From Tubulanus polymorphus (taxonomy: Eukaryota > Animalia > Nemertea): DNA of 64,000 bases. The stretch is taken from NCBI RefSeq assembly GCF_964204645.1, contig NC_134033.1, positions 10,486,655 to 10,550,654 of the forward strand, in the 5' to 3' direction. A program made the position numbers and the translations under genes. Positions within the stretch are counted from its first letter, which is position 1. Every line of letters starts with the position of its first letter. Below are positions 62,296-64,000 of the stretch, piece after piece. Under the pieces are notes generated by a model. That model worked only from the letters and a program-made list of their open reading frames with translations. It ran no database searches and was not told the origin of the DNA.

Positions 62296-64000
62296 GGCGC
62301 TTAGCTAGCCGCGTATTCATATCCTTAAACACTTAGCACTAATTACACTCCCCTCTATTGGCACACCGGGTGACTACTATACTGGGCTTACTAAGTGCCG
62401 AATTGCCGACTCGTAGTGTGAGTATTTCTCGGTTTTATGTGTTAATGTATTGTTGTCCTCATTGAAAACATGAAGTGACCAAAAGACTAGAAATTTGAGT
62501 CAAACTTTTTCCCGAAACTGGACCATGCCTATCTCAATGTTTGTTTATGTAATTTGTCCTACTTACACGTGTGTATTTTACACGTATGTTATACATTTCT
62601 GCGCTCTAAGCAAATGCCTTTATGCTGAACAAAATAAACTTAACTGAACTCAACTGAAGAAGGAATAGAAAGCCCAAATTTGCTGAAAACAGATTCACAA
62701 AATAAGCTTCAGAGAAAAATCGAAAGACACATTTTTCATCTCCTTCGTAAATGCTTTTAGAGTACGATCGATTAGGTAGATTATTTTAGAAACAGACATT
62801 AAGAGACCGTTATTTCAGTTCCGTCTGGTCACAATTTCGAATCACGTATAAACATAAATGACCATTATTTATTCCAGAGGGTCTGAGTTCCGTCTCTAAT
62901 CTTACCGACTGAATCTCTCTAAAATACTTTAGACGCACGACGTTCGACGTACGATTTTAGACGCGCGATTTTATCTCGACGGAAAATGTCGAGAAATCGA
63001 TCGCGATTGCGAAAAGAAGATACTCGATGACCCTCGAAAGCTTTTCGGCGTGAAAGGAATCGAAATGCGCGTGGAAGTTTCCAGACCTAATATATCACGA
63101 CTGATTCAACGGTTTATTTTGTTTATATTATCTTCGGTTCTGTTTTGGACATCGATAAGAAAGAGAGAAAAAGGTTGAAATTTATTGAATTCTCAATCAG
63201 TCTCTGTTCAGTGAACTGTGATGTTTGAGGTGTTGGCTAAATTAGAAACTTCCAGAGATGAAATCGCTGATGACGCTTCGCTGGTTCGCGGCGTTTATTT
63301 CGTTCCTATTCTCGGCATTTTCTGAGCCACCGTTTCTTTGCCAGTTCCTCCCCGAGATATTCGACTAAAGTTTGTTTGTTTATTTTTGTTTTGAAAGTTT
63401 TTCCTCGAATCGGCTTTAAATATCGGATAATGTCTGAAAATAAAGTTTCAATCAGAATTTGCATAGCTTTGTGGATCATCAATTCGACATTCTGGAAATT
63501 TCGTTGATAACTTCGATATTTTCATCGAAATAAATGAAACGAAGCTGTTTTCAGGTTTAAGTAAAAGACAATCAGCTAAAATCGGTTGGGCTTATTCACA
63601 GTCCCATGGTTGGGTTTTTTTTCAAATCGTTGTCCTCGTATAAACCATGAGGTTACCACCGAAAAATTGAGTTTGACTATGGGGTACCCGTAAAACCAGC
63701 TATCCCGCCAGATGGCGTGACGAGCAGTGGGTCATCCGTTGTCAAAATTAGTTCATTTTCGATGAACTTTGAACTAGATATTTAGATTCCCGAATCCATA
63801 TATTATCACAGCACCCACCAAATATACAATACTTCAATTCTTCTACTCGGATATCGGTAAAGTTTTCACAAATAATTGATTCATTTAATTAAAGAGAAAA
63901 GTTCATCACCGGTAAATATCTGCATTTCATTTCCTATAAAATGGTGTATAAATTAAGTTAATCGAGCAAGAGACTGCAGAACTATATGATATTCAATCTA

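Overview
AT-rich eukaryotic DNA with no obvious CpG depletion, most likely from an invertebrate animal (species cannot be determined from sequence alone). I can support no intact host protein-coding gene; the window reads as a gene desert or very large intron. Short CpG-rich unique blocks alternate with microsatellites, GA/CT tracts, minisatellites and short non-autonomous elements. The only credible protein-coding stretch is the 3' end of a 5'-truncated non-LTR retrotransposon (11552-12394). The main hidden signal is a family of ~165-bp repeats built around a minimal hammerhead-ribozyme (HHR) fold: TATTC-CTGAAGA-T-GACTAT-loop-ATAGTC-GAAA-CG-TT-GAATA. It occurs as dispersed and head-to-tail copies (~1.3, 5.1-5.8, 40.8-41.8 and 44.3-44.5 kb). 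At 5221-5733 the ribozyme module alone is amplified into a 10 x 52-bp array; no single unit has a complete core, but the unit 9/10 junction reconstitutes one. A second, unrelated HHR-like motif lies at ~46477. A candidate minus-strand TATA/Inr promoter with a short non-coding first exon lies at ~27.3-27.4 kb. All folds and alignments were done by eye and need computational and experimental confirmation.
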